Shown piece by piece: positions 34,814-48,010 of a stretch of DNA of 56,862 bases (position 1 is the stretch's first letter; each line of letters begins with the position of its first letter). This DNA comes from Spirogloea muscicola (Eukaryota): contig WELB01000010.1 in NCBI GenBank assembly GCA_009602725.1, positions 471,151 through 528,012 of the forward strand, in the 5' to 3' direction. The notes beneath the pieces were generated by a model. The model saw only the letters and a program-made list of their open reading frames with translations, was not told the DNA's origin and ran no database searches. A program made the position numbers and the translations under genes.

Positions 34814-37800
34814 ATGGCCGCCGTCGCTGCCGCCACGGATCGCGGGGGCGCCCGGCGCGGGCGCCGCGGGCGGCTCNNNNNNNNNNNNNNNNNNNNNNNN
34901 NNNNNNNNNNNNNNNNNNNNNNNNNNNNNNNNNNNNNNNNNNNNNNNNNNNNNNNNNNNNNNNNNNNNNNNNNNNNNNNNNNNNNNNNNNNNNNNNNNNN
35001 NNNNNNNNNNNNNNNNNNNNNNNNNNNNNNNNNNNNNNNNNNNNNNNNNNNNNNNNNNNNNNNNNNNNNNNNNNNNNNNNNNNNNNNNNNNNNNNNNNNN
35101 NNNNNNNNNNNNNNNNNNNNNNNNNNNNNNNNNNNNNNNNNNNNNNNNNNNNNNNNNNNNNNNNNNNNNNNNCCGCCGCCGCGGTCGCGCGCAACGCCGC
35201 GGCAGCGGCGGTCGCCAGCAAGGCCGCGCCGGCACCCGCCGCCCCCGCCCCTCCCGAGGCCAGAGGGTGCGCAGGCCGCCTCTCACCTTCTCGCTGCCCC
35301 CGCTGAATCCGTCAATTGCAGCACTGCCTGCGTGCTCACGCCGTCGCCGCCGCCGCCGCTGCCGCCTCCAACGCCGCCGCCGCTGTCTCCGCCGCTGCTG
35401 TCGCGGCGTGTGCTCCTACAGCCGCACGGTGGCTGTGGGCGTGGTGAGCCCCACCGCCGGCGGCGCCGCCCGCTTCCTGGACCGCCTCCTCGACGCGCAG
35501 GTCTTCTCTCGCTGGCCGGAGCCGCCGCCGCCGCCGCCGCCGGCCGGCCTGAGCGCCACAGCAGGCGCTGCTGCAGCTGCTGCCGGAGGCGAAGCCACCG
35601 CGCGCGGAGCTGCTCTTGAGCAGCTGACTGCCGGCCGGCTCCAGCAGTACCACGATAAGGAGAGGGACGTGGTCTACCTGGCACTCGGATGGGACCGCGG
35701 CGCCGCCAGGCTGAGGCGCTTCCACTGGGAGCAGCGGGGCGAGGCAGTTGCCGCAGCGGCCTCGCTGCAGCGCTGGCTGCAGGAGAAGGACGACGAGGAC
35801 CACCGCCTGCTGCTCCTCCTCTTTACAGTAATCACCGTGCCGCATGCTGTGCGCATCCTCCTGCGGTCTAGCTCAGCGCAGCAATGTCAGTCTCAGCAGC
35901 AGTGGCCCCTGGCTTGTAATGATCCTGGCGGCACAATGCAGGTCGGCAAGCCTGGCCGGTACTTACGCTGGGCCTCGATGTCATGGTGCGCCTGTGCAGG
36001 TCTGCCATCTCGTTGTGCTGCTCCAGGACGGCCCCGGGCTGGAGCCTGAGCTCGTGCGCACGCTTCGCGTGCTGCAGGCTGGCAAGGACGCGCTGCAGCC
36101 CTTCTTCCAGGCCGGCGCTGCGCTGCCGCCGCTCACGGCGCCACCGCGGCCGCTGGAGCGGCCTAAGTACCGCTCCCCAGCAGCCGGTGGCAGCGGGGGC
36201 CCGGGCTTCGCCGGGGTCAGGCAGCACGGTCATGGTGGGCTGGGTGCCGCCACAGTGCTCCTTCCCGGGAACTTCGCTGCCACGCTCATCATCGCCTGCT
36301 ATGACGATGCTGCAGATGACGTGGCTGCTGACAAGGCCGCCAAGCCCGGCGGCGGCGTGCTCACACCTGCTCCGAGGCAGCTCGAGACCTTGCCAACGGG
36401 CAGTGGCGGCACCCAGCAGCCAGGCAGCTCCGCTGACAGAGCGCTGCTGAGGCGGCGGCGCCAGCTGGCGCTGGAGGCGCAGCTTCGACTGGTCATGAAG
36501 CGGTGCCGCATTACGGCAGCACTTCCTTCCGATGCCAAGGACGGACCGCCGCGGGCGAGCAGCGGGATGGCGCTCTTTGCACTAGACCCCGTGCGGGCTG
36601 TCCTCTTACTGCCGAGGACGCGCCGCGCGCGCCGTCCCGCCGCGCTCGAGGCCGTCGTCGGTGCCTTGAGGAACCTGCTGGCTTCGGGCAAGCAAGGCTT
36701 GGGGTCGTTGCCGATGGTGGAGGCCGACACTGCAGGCGGGGGCCCCGACAAGGACGAGGACGTGCAGCTCGTGCGCGACTTTGTCACGAAGCAGGCTGAG
36801 GCGCTGCGCAGCCCCCGCGGCGGGCCTGGCGCTGGCCGCCTCAGCTTGCACCCGCGCACCGAGCTCCCGCTCTTTGCGGCATGGGCCACCAGCGCCACTG
36901 AGTTGGCAGAGGCCCTGAGCCCCCCTGCAGCAGCTAGACAGAGGAGGATTGCTGATGCCGCCACCGTCAAGAGCACTCCCGGCCTGCTCATACGGCGCCC
37001 CACTGTTACAGCAGATTCGGCCATGACCGCCATGGAGGGTTCAACGGGCCTGGAGGCGGCCTTCTCCCAGCACTGGTGCGCCCAGGAGTTGCCGGCGGCC
37101 TTTGACCTCTATTTCAAAGGCTTGCCGCCGCTGTACCCCACCAGAGTGCACACTGAGCGTCTCGAAGCGGCGCTTAAGTACTTTATGGAGCGCGTGCGGG
37201 GGCCCGAGTTGCCTAACGCACTCACAGAGCTCAGTCGGCTCTGCAGGGCCACTTGGGTGGCCCGCCGGCAATGTGATGCAAAAAGCCTCACTGGCCGACC
37301 TTGCTTGCTCGCAGCTCACTGTCAAGACGCATCAATGCAGGATGTAAGTCTCCCACCATTACGCCCTGCTTGGCACCTAACACTTCTAGATATTTGATGC
37401 AAGGGATGCAGGCCGTGGTGTTGAAGATTTCTGATGATTGTGACGTGGGTTACTGACCAACTCCTATAACTTGAGTTGACTGACCAAATTAAAGGGCAAT
37501 AGCTGCTACGCCTCGACAAGTCGTTTGTGCTGCTCGTCAAGCTCATCACCCTCACAACCTTGAGTTTTGCAAAGAGTAGCATGTCTTGTAGCATCTCATT
37601 GCTGTATTTGGCTGTGCAGCCTGAGGGTGCCAACAAGGCAGATCCACTGCTATCAGAGGGGAGAGAGGGGCAACTTATGAACGGCCTGCGGGAGAGCCTT
37701 GCCTCCACTCCGCCATCTTCTGCCCTTGCTAGCAGTGCAGACCTCGAAGAAGAGCTGGCAATGGCTGCATCAAGTGCCAGCAGGATGAATTACGAGCAAG

Positions 37801-39594
37801 TTGCGAGTACGCCAGTCGCCCTTGAGGATGTTGCAATCAATGATGGCGCCCTCCGGTCAAGTGAAGGGGGCCCACTGACGGTTGCCATGCACTCCAGCGG
37901 TGCTGTGTACCTCAGAGCCTGCCCGTGCGGCGCAGCCAGGAAGCAGTGCGCGGACGCTTTCGACATTCCATCCGCCAAGCTGTGGTGCGACTTCCACGGC
38001 TGCCGTACACGGCTGAGCATCGATGCTGAGCCGGAGCCCGAGCCCGAGCTGGAAATAGAGCTGGCCAAGCCCACCGCCGGGATCTTCTTCGGCAGCTTTG
38101 GCGCTCAGCAGGACCGTGTGGTGTTGACTGAGAAGTCGGCCGCGAACGACAATACAGATGCTTCCGGCTTTGAACCCTGCGCCTGGTCGCTGGTGCTGCT
38201 GGGCCGGAGCTCGGCGTACAGCCCCGCCAAGGGCTTGCAGCAGGAGGGCTTCTGCAAGGAGGCCAACGTCCTGGAGGTGGTCACTGTCCCGCCGCGTCCG
38301 GATGCTAAGCCAGACGCTCATATTGCTGCCAGTAAAAGGTCCTCCAACACTTCAAGCACGCAGGATGGGGGATGGCCGACTCCTGGGGCTTCTAATAGCA
38401 TCCTGTCCCTGGATGAGGACCTCGCCTTTCCGTCGCTGAGCTCCAGCGCCAAGCAGCCGCGGAGGAAGGCAGGCAAGGTGCATGGTGACCTTCGATCTCA
38501 GAGTGGAGGAGGCCACGGCAACGGCGCCGCTGCTCAGAGTGAAGCAAGTGCTGTCGCCGTGGAGCTGGACAGCTCCGCGTATGTTGGCTTTGAGCACGAG
38601 TGCCCTCTTGGGCACCGCTACCTCCTCCACTCCGACCTTCTCACAGAAAGTGTATCGGACGCTGCACGACCATCAGGCCTGGCCCATGATGGTGCTGGCT
38701 CAGTCAAGCCTGCAGGTCTGACTGAAGTTCTTGCGGTTGACGCGCCGGGGAGCAGGGACGGTGCCAGGCATGCGGAGACTGTGCAGTTGCCGCCCAGAGG
38801 CACTCTGCCGGCTCAGTATTCTCCATCGTCTCACGCCGACGATAAGCTCGTTGACACAGCAAAGGCTCAATTGTTGGTGAATAGCGACTTGCCGATGTTC
38901 CTCAAGTGCCCCTTCTGCAAGTCTGCAAAGGAGGACGTCACGTCAAATTCTGACCAGGGGCCAGACTCTGCACTCGACATGTCGCAGCTACAGCGCATAT
39001 ATATGGTGAGCCTTGCTAAATTATTGTTTAATACATTGGTTGGGTGCCACATATGCTAATCCACTCATTTGCTATGTATTCAAGGATATAAGAGCAGAAG
39101 GGAACAACGTCGTGCAGAGCACGAAGGTAAGTGGATATAAGGTAATGCTTAACACATGTCCAGGGTGGGCTTACTACTGCTTCTGGAAACTGTATTGCTC
39201 GTTTGGTATGCAGGTCACTCCTCCCAGGCCACACGTTTTCGCAACCAAGGCTGCTGTGCATTTTCAGGTGCGCGAAGCTCTTCATCACCTTGGGTCGTCT
39301 TTTGCTAACTCGATCTCAGCTGTCTGAGCTGACCATAAGCACTGATACTCGCCATTGCTTCACCCTGAGCAGCCAGCAGCCTCATTCAGCCTCGCCAAAG
39401 AGGTGGTTCTCCCCCCGGGCTGCTTGCTCTGCTTGAAGCTGCCATCGCTGTACATCAGCAGAGGTGATGAAGGACTGCAAGTTTCCTTACTGGGTGACAA
39501 CAATGCAATTGGCACTGCAAAACTGTCGGCCAAGCTGTCATTTCACGCTGTTACGGACTCGATCTGGTCTGGAGACAGCTTGGTGCCTGGGTAA
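34814..39594 (+). CDS. SMG8: Nonsense-mediated decay factor SMG8-like; 5' end uncertain (N-gap 34877-35172)
   Basis: Exons ~35422-35827, 36000-37343, 37620-39005, 39214-39267 and 39373-39594. Motifs VAVGVVS..FLDRLLDAQVF, LLLLFT/VCHLVVLLQDG, RQCDAKSLTGRPC, HSSG..ACPCG..DAFD, YVGFEHECPLGHRY, LQRIYM/VTPP and LKLPSLY. Confidence 0.85.
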
Positions 39595-40486
39595 CAGTTG
39601 GTGGCATGGGTGAACTGATCAATCTCCTTACTGCAGCCCAAGCCGTACTGCTGCAATAAGCTCACATCTCAGCAAAGTCTCGTTGGAAGAAAAGGATGTC
39701 ATTGGAGACATAGAGACACGTCTGCCTTTCCTTCGACCATCAGCCAGCAGAGGTATGCAGTCCCTGCAACTTCTGCTTATTTTCCTGTGGAAAAATTCGT
39801 AAGAGTTCAAGTATCTTGAGAGCATGTATGCAATTTTGACTTATTGCAGACTAAGCGCTACCATAAGGGGTACAGAAGGGCCAGGCACCTAAAAAGTAGG
39901 TGTACTTGCAGGTGCACAGCTGCTAAGGTGCAGTTTTAAGTCGCTGAAATCTTAGGCCACATTTGTACCTTGTGATTGTACAGTGGATTGAGGATATCCT
40001 TTGGCTACCAGGAGGAAGGGCTGCTTCATATCATGAGTGATACACAATTGTGCCTCATCATCTCCAGCTGATGATGATGATAGTTACCCACCATGCCACC
40101 ACAGACTCTTTGGCCACCTTCTTTCGAGTGGTGGTCATGGCTGTGCAGTTTGATGACGTGCTCCATGGCAGGCCTTGCTTGCTCGTTCCGGTCCCTAGCC
40201 TTCTACCCTGACTACAATCTTGCAAAACCCGACCAGCAATGGCAAGCTTAACACAAATCAGCATCATGAAGCTTCGTATTTGGTACCGCATCCCATTATC
40301 CGAGCCCCACATTGCTTGAGCCTCCGCGTTGGGATGAGGACAGACTACATGTCTGCTATGTTGCAGACACGTCACTTACTTAAACTAGCTTCCACAAAAT
40401 TAATACATCGTAATCTTCTCATGCCAGCAGCACACTGCAAGGGAGCTTTGTGAGGTTGTGTAGAAGCTGCTAGCAATGAATAGTGG

Positions 40487-42995
40487 CTATACGTTGACAG
40501 CTTCCCCAACCTGTGGTCGACTAGCTCCTTGCTCAGGTTCCTCCAAGTCCTCAGAGTCCTCATCAAGATCTTCATCGTCGTCTGCATCTTCGGCATCTGT
40601 GGCCTCATCGTCAGGATCGTGCTCAGGCCGCTTCGCATTCCGCTCAGCTCGGGCCTGGGCCTTCTCAGCCTTCGCCTGAGCAGCGGCGGACTTCTGTAGG
40701 GCAGCCTTGTTGGGAGCCAGAACCATCAGCATCGTTCGGCCCTCCATCGTCACCTTCGTTTCGACCACCCCGAACTACAATCATCCAAGACCAGCATCGG
40801 CAAGCTTTAGCAGCTAGGAAAGAGGTCTGACTGGCCTCCTCGTCGTGTATTCGGCTTGCAAAGGATGGCAGAAGCCCCCATGGGCAACAATGTGCATTTC
40901 AGTGATATTACTATGCAGGAGGTGCTGACCTCCTACACATCCCCCTGGAATCGCTCGAAAAGCTTGACCCCAAGGTCCCGAAACTCCATTTCTCTGCCTC
41001 TGAACTGCACCGACAATTTGACCTGTTCACAAGGTGCCAGCAGATCAGAAGAGAACAGACGGTTAGCATAGTAGGTGCTGGACTCCTGAGGCTTTTGCTT
41101 ATGACTGCCAGGGTTGATTGACGCAATAATCCAAGTTGGAGTCAATCTTGCAGATTCACAAAGTTCTACGAACTTAAGGCATAATGCACAGCAATGCATC
41201 GTTGTTATGCAGGATGACAATAACTGGCCAGGTCCACTGCAGTGCATAAATCAATGAGACAGAAACGCAGGAGCACTGGTGTATACAAGGAGCGATTGGA
41301 TGAAACTAACCCTATCACCATCTTGCAGAAACTTGACTGCAGACCTCAACCTGACTTCGTAGTCGTGGGTGTCTATGTTGTACCTGCAATGTAGACGTTA
41401 TGGTGACATGTCATGACTAGCAGCTCAACTCCAGTACATGTTTGGCAACTCAAGCAAGCCTCTCAGGAAGATCACCTCCATGCTTGGATTCTTTGTGCAG
41501 GACATACCTCATCTTCAGCTCTTTCATTTCGGACCTATTAGCTGCAAGCAAAGAGCAATCTTGCGTAGCAGTCAAAGCGCGCCTTGCGGGCAGTAGACAT
41601 GGTATATCCTCAAAAGCAGGAAGGAGTTGCTAGTCTAATGCCATGACACAAATTTTGCAGCAGAAGCACAGTATGTCTCACCAGCTGCCTTCTTTTGCAA
41701 CTCTCTTTTCTTCTTCTGCTGTTCATAACGGTATTTGCTGAAAAGCGCCGGTGCCAGAACACATTTCTTCTGGTGACATAAGAACCCTAGAGAAGTATCA
41801 TCATGCAAAACACACCATCTAGTCTTTACACGTCACGACTTCTGCCGAAGGCGTGAGCACTATTGCCAACGCCTGACATCATCATTGTGTGGAATGATGG
41901 GAAGGCAATAAACAGGGGAGGGCATTGAGAGCTGAGCAACACCAGGTGGGCGCATGCTCACCTAAAATCCATCACTCTAACGACAGGGGGATCGGCATCA
42001 GCAGATATCGTGACCTACGCTGGTGAGAAGACAAGAATCAAAGGAGAGCAAATCTGTGCATCACGCTGCAGAGCATGCTCCCAGACGGCACCATCACTTA
42101 GTCTCACAACTGCTTCGAAGCATACTGAAGAGGCAATCACCAGGTCGAGCTCGGCGGCCCTCGCTCGGGTGAGCGCCTCCTCTCTGGACATGATCCCAAC
42201 CTGCATGCAATCGGCTGGAGTGGGACAAGTCAGGGTGCGAAGCACTAGGCAAAGCGCAGTGCACTTGGATTTCATGCGAATGGTTGTCACCTTGATGTCA
42301 ACATTGGGCTAGGCACTCGGAGATGTGGTGGACCTCTACAACTGACAACTTATTACGTGGGCACACGAGCGCGTCCGGTGCGATGAGCGGCCAGTGCAAG
42401 CGAAACTTACCATGTTGTTCTTCTCATCAAGCAGCCGCAGCATTGGCGACCTGCAAGCAACGCCGTGGACGTACGCTGGAGCAGCTCAGCCACTACAGCA
42501 GCAGCAGCGGAGCTGCTAGCTCCGCAGGAGATGGAGAAGTGGGCTGAGTCCAGCAGCCGAGAACTGTGCATGCACTGCCGAGAGCTGCAAGCGAGCAGCT
42601 GCGGACGTCCGCCCTCCAGCTAGCCACCGCAGGCTCAGCCGAAGCTGCGGCGTTCCAAGCTAGACTGGCTATGGAGCGTCCGCAGCCTTTGCTCGACGGC
42701 GGCCAAGTTGACGGGCTACGAGCGCCGGGCTCGGCCATCAAGAGGCACTTCCAAGGCTGCGACGGGGCGCCACACCTGATGTCCTCGTTCATGGCGGGCC
42801 CCTGGTCCTTGGCCTCGTCCAGGGGCGAGCGCAGGCGGCCGCCGCCGCCGCCGCTGCCGCCGCCCGGCCGGGGCCGCGNNNNNNNNNNNNNNNNNNNNNN
42901 NNNNNNNNNNNNNNNNNNNNNNNNNNNNNNNNNNNNNNNNNNNNNNNNNNNNNNNNNNNNNNNNNNNNNNNNNNNNNGACAGCCGCCGCGTCCAT
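40487..42995 (-). CDS. infC: Plastid translation initiation factor IF-3, with an in-frame TAG at 40933-40935 (possible pseudogene)
   Basis: Exons ..-42776, 42450-42411, 42200-42141, 42014-41962, 41737-41682, 41541-41508, 41383-41311, 41022-40930 and 40774-40487. Reads [102 protein letters not shown]. Confidence 0.92.
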
Positions 42996-42999
42996 GGCT

Positions 43000-43692
43000 G
43001 CCGCCGCACGGCAGCCGCACGGCAGGGCCCCCGCAGCGCCGCAAGCGGCCGCCTCGGAAAGCCCGCGGCGGACGTCCGCTGGAAAGTATTCAGGAGTCGG
43101 GATTTAAAGGCCGACGCCGCGGCCGCCGCCGCCGTCGCCGCCGCCTTTGGCGCCGCCTTCGCCGCCGCCGCCGCCGCCGCCGCGGACGCCGGCGTGGCCG
43201 GGGAGGGAGGTTTGGGGTTGCCGGTCCCCCGCTGCTAACGTGGGCGCCGTCTGCACGCCCATCTCCTGCCGACGGCCGGGCCCAGCAATGGCTGACGAGG
43301 AACGGCCCCTGCCTGACCGTGAGGCCCATTCAACCAGGGGCCTCGCCGCCGCCGTCGACGCCACCGCCTCCGCCGCCGACGCCGCCGCCGCCGCCGCCGC
43401 CGCGGCTGCGAAGCTGCGGCGCCGACGGGGCGACGAGGCGAGTGGGACCGCCGCACTCGAGGTGCACCACTCGCGCTGTCGCCACGAGCTGAGACCCGAA
43501 CCTGGCGGTGGCTCACTGTCCGGGCTTGCACGTCTGGTCGGTGTACCGATCAGATGCCCGGGCTTCTCAGTCGAGAGATTGGCTATCGCCGACCGAGGCC
43601 GTCATTGACAACCAGCGGTCGGATGGACTGGCAGCTCGCCCATCGGCGTTCCATTGATGACCTCCTGGGAGACCAGTAGCACAGCGAGGGTC
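43000..43692. promoter_or_regulatory. Putative bidirectional promoter between IF3 and phytochelatin synthase
   Basis: The two ATGs are head-to-head ~700 bp apart. Palindromic TTTAAA at ~43103 and (GCC)n tracts. Confidence 0.45.
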
Positions 43693-46600
43693 ATGGCCGT
43701 TGCAGGCATGTACAGGAGGACGCTTCCCTCGCCTCCTGCCATTGAATTTGCGTCCCCGGAAGGAAAGGTAAGGGCTTGCCCCAACACTTAAGCCTTGACC
43801 TCAGACTTCAATGCTACTGGGTGCAGCATTAATCAGAAATACCAGTAGCCATTCCTCAAGGAGGACATCACCGAGGACTCGCTGCAGCATTACTTGCTTG
43901 AAATGTTGAGCTGCCATCACGACGGGTTCATATAGCAGACAGAAGATTCAAGAGGTGCTGCACTTCGTGTGCATATTAATGCCTGCAGGCACTATTTAAG
44001 GAGGCCTTGGAGAGCGGGGGCATGAATGGCTTCTTCGAGCTCATCTCACATTTCCAAACACAAGCGGAACCAGCATTCTGCGGGCTGGCCTCCCTTGCTG
44101 TCGTCCTCAATGCGCTTGCGGTGGATCCAGGAAGGACCTGGAAAGGTGAGTTATTCAAGCATCACCTCACTGACATTGTCATTGTCCCTGCAGCCTGCAT
44201 TTGTTCTTGATTGAATGACGCAGTCTACCATACGTCCATTAGCACTTGTTTTACCAGGTCTGTAATGATGTGAATATGGTGCAAGTATCTGCAAGGGGCT
44301 CATGCCACCAGTAGCTTGAATTTTCTGAATCAGGGCCCTGGCGATGGTTTGACGAGACCATGCTGGACTGCTGCGAGCCTCTTCGGAAAATTGCACTGGA
44401 AGGGACCACATTTTCCTCGGTGGCTTGCCTTGCCAGATGTTCTGGCGGGTTGGTGCAGGAGGCCAGAGTGTCCAACAGCTCTCTTGCTGATCTCCGTGCC
44501 ACGGTCATTCATACAAGTGCATCATGTGAAAGCCACATCATTGCAGCCTACAGTCGCAAGAATCTGCTGCAGGTCTCTGTTAGGGCGAACAGAGGATGCT
44601 GATGCACTGGTCCATTTTCAGAAGCGCTTGTGTGGTCATTATCTTGGCCTCATTTAGGATGTTTGTATTGTTTTGACCCCATCTCGGATGTGATAGTGAG
44701 GCCTTACTAGACCAGCTTGGTACTCGCCGGGCCTGTCTATAAAGGCCTTCATTAGACCAAATTGCTTATTACTGGGCCTGACTGGCACAGTTACTGTGGT
44801 CTCATCTGAGAACTTTCAGACTGGTGATGGACACTTCTCACCTCTCGGAGGATACCACAGGGCAAAGGATCTCGTGCTGATCCTTGATGTGGCACGCTTC
44901 AAATACCCTCCCCACTGGATACCAGTGTCAATGCTGTGGGAGGCTATGAGTACCATCGATGGCAAGACAGGACTGACACGTGGGTAAATCCTAAACAAGT
45001 CATCTGGACTACTGGACTACTACTTGATGTTGGACAGCTGATCAAGCTGATAACCAGCTGATGATGATTTATCATTGGACTGCTTACTAATCTGACACGA
45101 TTTCAATACAAATTCGCGTGCCTCCATGAGACATGTTGGCTGCCAATACAGAAAATCACTGTTGTATGTAGTAAGCATGCAAGCAAGTCTTTTGTTTGTC
45201 ACCTTGGTCAGGTACATGGTTATCTCCAAGCTGGCCAAGGCTCCCTCCATTCTCTTCACATTGGTAAGTAGCATAGCTAGCACTTGGAATTGCGTAGCTA
45301 GCACTTGGTAGACTTTTGCCAGTGTGGCATGCACTTGAACACAGCGGTTACTATCACAGAGAGGAGATGATAATTATCAATAGCCTTCTCAAGATTATCC
45401 TCACTCCTTCCATGTCCAATGATGCAGTCATGCAAGGATGAACGCTGGGCGAGACTTTCAATTTACTTCGTACAGCAGCTACCAGCAATACTTTTGGACG
45501 GCAACTTGAAGACACCTCAAGCTGTCCTTGCAAGGATCTTGGATTCTGTTCCTGCTGGAGCCGAAGCCTTCATTGTGTGGATTGCGAGCTTGGAGCCAAG
45601 ACTTGAACATTCCTCCCTTGCTGCAAAGACCTCAGAGTCTGCAGCACAGGTCTGCTATACTGGCAAACCTCCCCACATATGAGATGTACACGTTCTCCAC
45701 AGACCTCTGTCCAGGAAATCATCAATCACACTGTATTGCATATTGAATCGTGAAGCTAGCAACCCACCAGCACAAAAGCTACGTGGTCACACAGGCCACG
45801 GACTATGCCCGCAGGCCCACCTATGCATAGGTGGCTGTCGCTCAAGTGAGTGTGGCTGCATTGTCTTGGCCCTTACCGACGGGCCGTGCCCGCTTCAATA
45901 TGCAGGCTGCCATCTTGAACCAACTCCGCGAGCTGCAGCTTCACGCTCATGTGTCCTTGTGGTCAAAGGCCAGCGGCCGCAGGCTGTCATCAGGGATGAA
46001 TGGTGGTTCTGGCTTCATTGGTCATCATCCAAGTCCATCCTCCAGTCAGCAAGCAGGCACAAACTCCATTGTGGATGTAGCTGTCCAGTTGGATGCAGCA
46101 GGCATGTTAGGAACATGTCAACCCGATCAGCATGCACAATCATGTTTTGCTCAAGCTGCACGGGGTTGTGAAGTTCAGCGTGGAGCAGCTGCAGTGCTAG
46201 CATATCCAGATGAAGCCAGCGGTGTTGGTTGTTGGCAAGCACAGTCAATGCCACCTCATGGCAACGGAGGTGCATTGGGATCAACGGGTAGATAACAGCT
46301 TCTTCCTTTGCATCTCATGGCAATGACATGCTTACACTGAAGCTTGTTTCCTCATTCTCAAGTAGTCGAGCCTGCTGAACAGGGGCCAGAGGTAAAATAT
46401 ACACGCTGTGTCTGACATGTCCTTGCAATATTGTGCAGCACGCACTTCCTCGGAGACTTCTCTGCACGTGTCCTGCACGGCAAGTGCTGTACCAGCCCAG
46501 GAGGATCTGCTGACCATGCTGCTCCTTGCATGCCCGAAGGATACGTGGGACAATGTTGCCGATGCCTCTGTCAGGGAGAACATGTGTCAACTTGTGAGCT

Positions 46601-46957
46601 TTGAGCAACTGCCTCCAGGATTGCGAGAGGAGGTGATGCAATTTCTTGGTCTTTGCTGTGGCCTGCCTACTTGTCTACATAGAATGCAGTTTGCAATATG
46701 AGAGGAGATGAGCATTGCAGTTTGCAAGTACAGATGCTTGGTTGCAGGCAAATGGTGGCCAGGACTCCTAGTTGAGCAGTGCAATATGTCTCAATGACTG
46801 CTGTGTGCTCCTTGCCATGCCCTTCATCTAACAACACGTGCATTCTTGCTGCTTTGTGTGGAAAAATGATGCTGTACCGGCTTACTTCGCGCAGGTTTGT
46901 CATCTACAGAAGCAACTTCAGCTCCTCTCTGAGAAGTGCTCCATTCCAGGTCTTTGA
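43693..46957 (+). CDS. PCS: Phytochelatin synthase (glutathione gamma-glutamylcysteinyltransferase), 9 exons
   Basis: Exons 43693-43767, 43989-44145, 44334-44572, 44820-44983, 45212-45263, 45428-45649, 45906-46287, 46439-46632 and 46895-46957. Starts [21 protein letters not shown]. Catalytic triad in [17 protein letters not shown] and [15 protein letters not shown]-terminal [15 protein letters not shown]. Confidence 0.95.
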
Positions 46958-48010
46958 CGTCTTGCTTATGGCTCTGATTTGTTGTGTTACCATACACTGT
47001 ATAATCTAGAGCTACGTGTCTTTGTAGGAGATGCTGATAGCACATCACAGAGACTTATTGGAGCACATGTTCAGAGAAACACGACAGCAAGAAGCTCTAC
47101 TTTATCCAAAATACAACATATAGGTAGTTATTTATCAGTCATGAAATTGGCATTATGACCACTTTCTCAGACATCAGATGTGTCGGTAGGTCTTGCCGAA
47201 GCAGAAGTTGGTCATGGCTACAGCGACGAGTAATTGATACTCATATTGTGTGGGGCTCATCATGCAACGCATTCTTGAAGCCAGCATGCGTCTCCCGCTG
47301 TCACCCTTCACTGTTGCTCTTTTGCTACCTGATTTTAGCGCCTGTCCACTTAGTCAGTGGAGGTTACGAAAGGCTGGCTACTCAATAGTGACATGCTTCT
47401 GGTGGTGTGCTTGGTCAAGGAGCTTAGCTGATGGTGGCAAGCGACGCAAGTGCTCACAATCACTAGAGCCAAGCATGTACTGGCGCTAGGTGCATACACC
47501 TTGTGCTTGCGAAGGTTGTGGACCTAAGTCGGCATGTCGTCTAGGAGCCGCCTCACTGTCCGCCTGTGGATGGAAATGATTCGCAGAGAGGAGCTGGAAC
47601 TCCGCTGAAAGTGGCAAGGCAGTGGAGTAACCCATCCCAGTAAAGCACATCATGCCATTGGGACAGGTTTGTGCTGGGACAGTGGATTGGCACAGTGCAC
47701 AAAGCAGCGACCAGACGTGCGAGCTCCATGGCCACGAGACCGCATTCTGGGGTCACAGACAGTGGAAGTCAAGCAACTCCATTTCAACGAGTACAAGGGG
47801 CTGCAGAAGGGCCAGCCCACCGAAGGGAAAGTTACTCTCCACGAGGGGCTGATGGCTGCAGAAGGCCAGCCCAAAACTGAACGGCGAAGGCTCCTGGCCA
47901 GCCGTGGGCCCGGCCTGGTTGAACCCGGCCTAAACCCCGGCCAAGGATGAGCTCCTAGGTGTGGGGGCCTTAAACCCTGGCGTTGGTTCCGGCGTCCGCA
48001 GCCTGCAGTC

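Noticed and set aside
40933..40935. TAG reassigned to a sense codon (alternative genetic code)
   Set aside because: PsbW ends at TAG exactly at its conserved SGLSL C-terminus. RPS19 and Yippee also end in TAG.
43288..43608. ORF MADEERPLP.. as an N-terminal extension of phytochelatin synthase
   Set aside because: No phase-compatible splice to ATG 43693 was found, and that ATG already matches the canonical PCS N-terminus.
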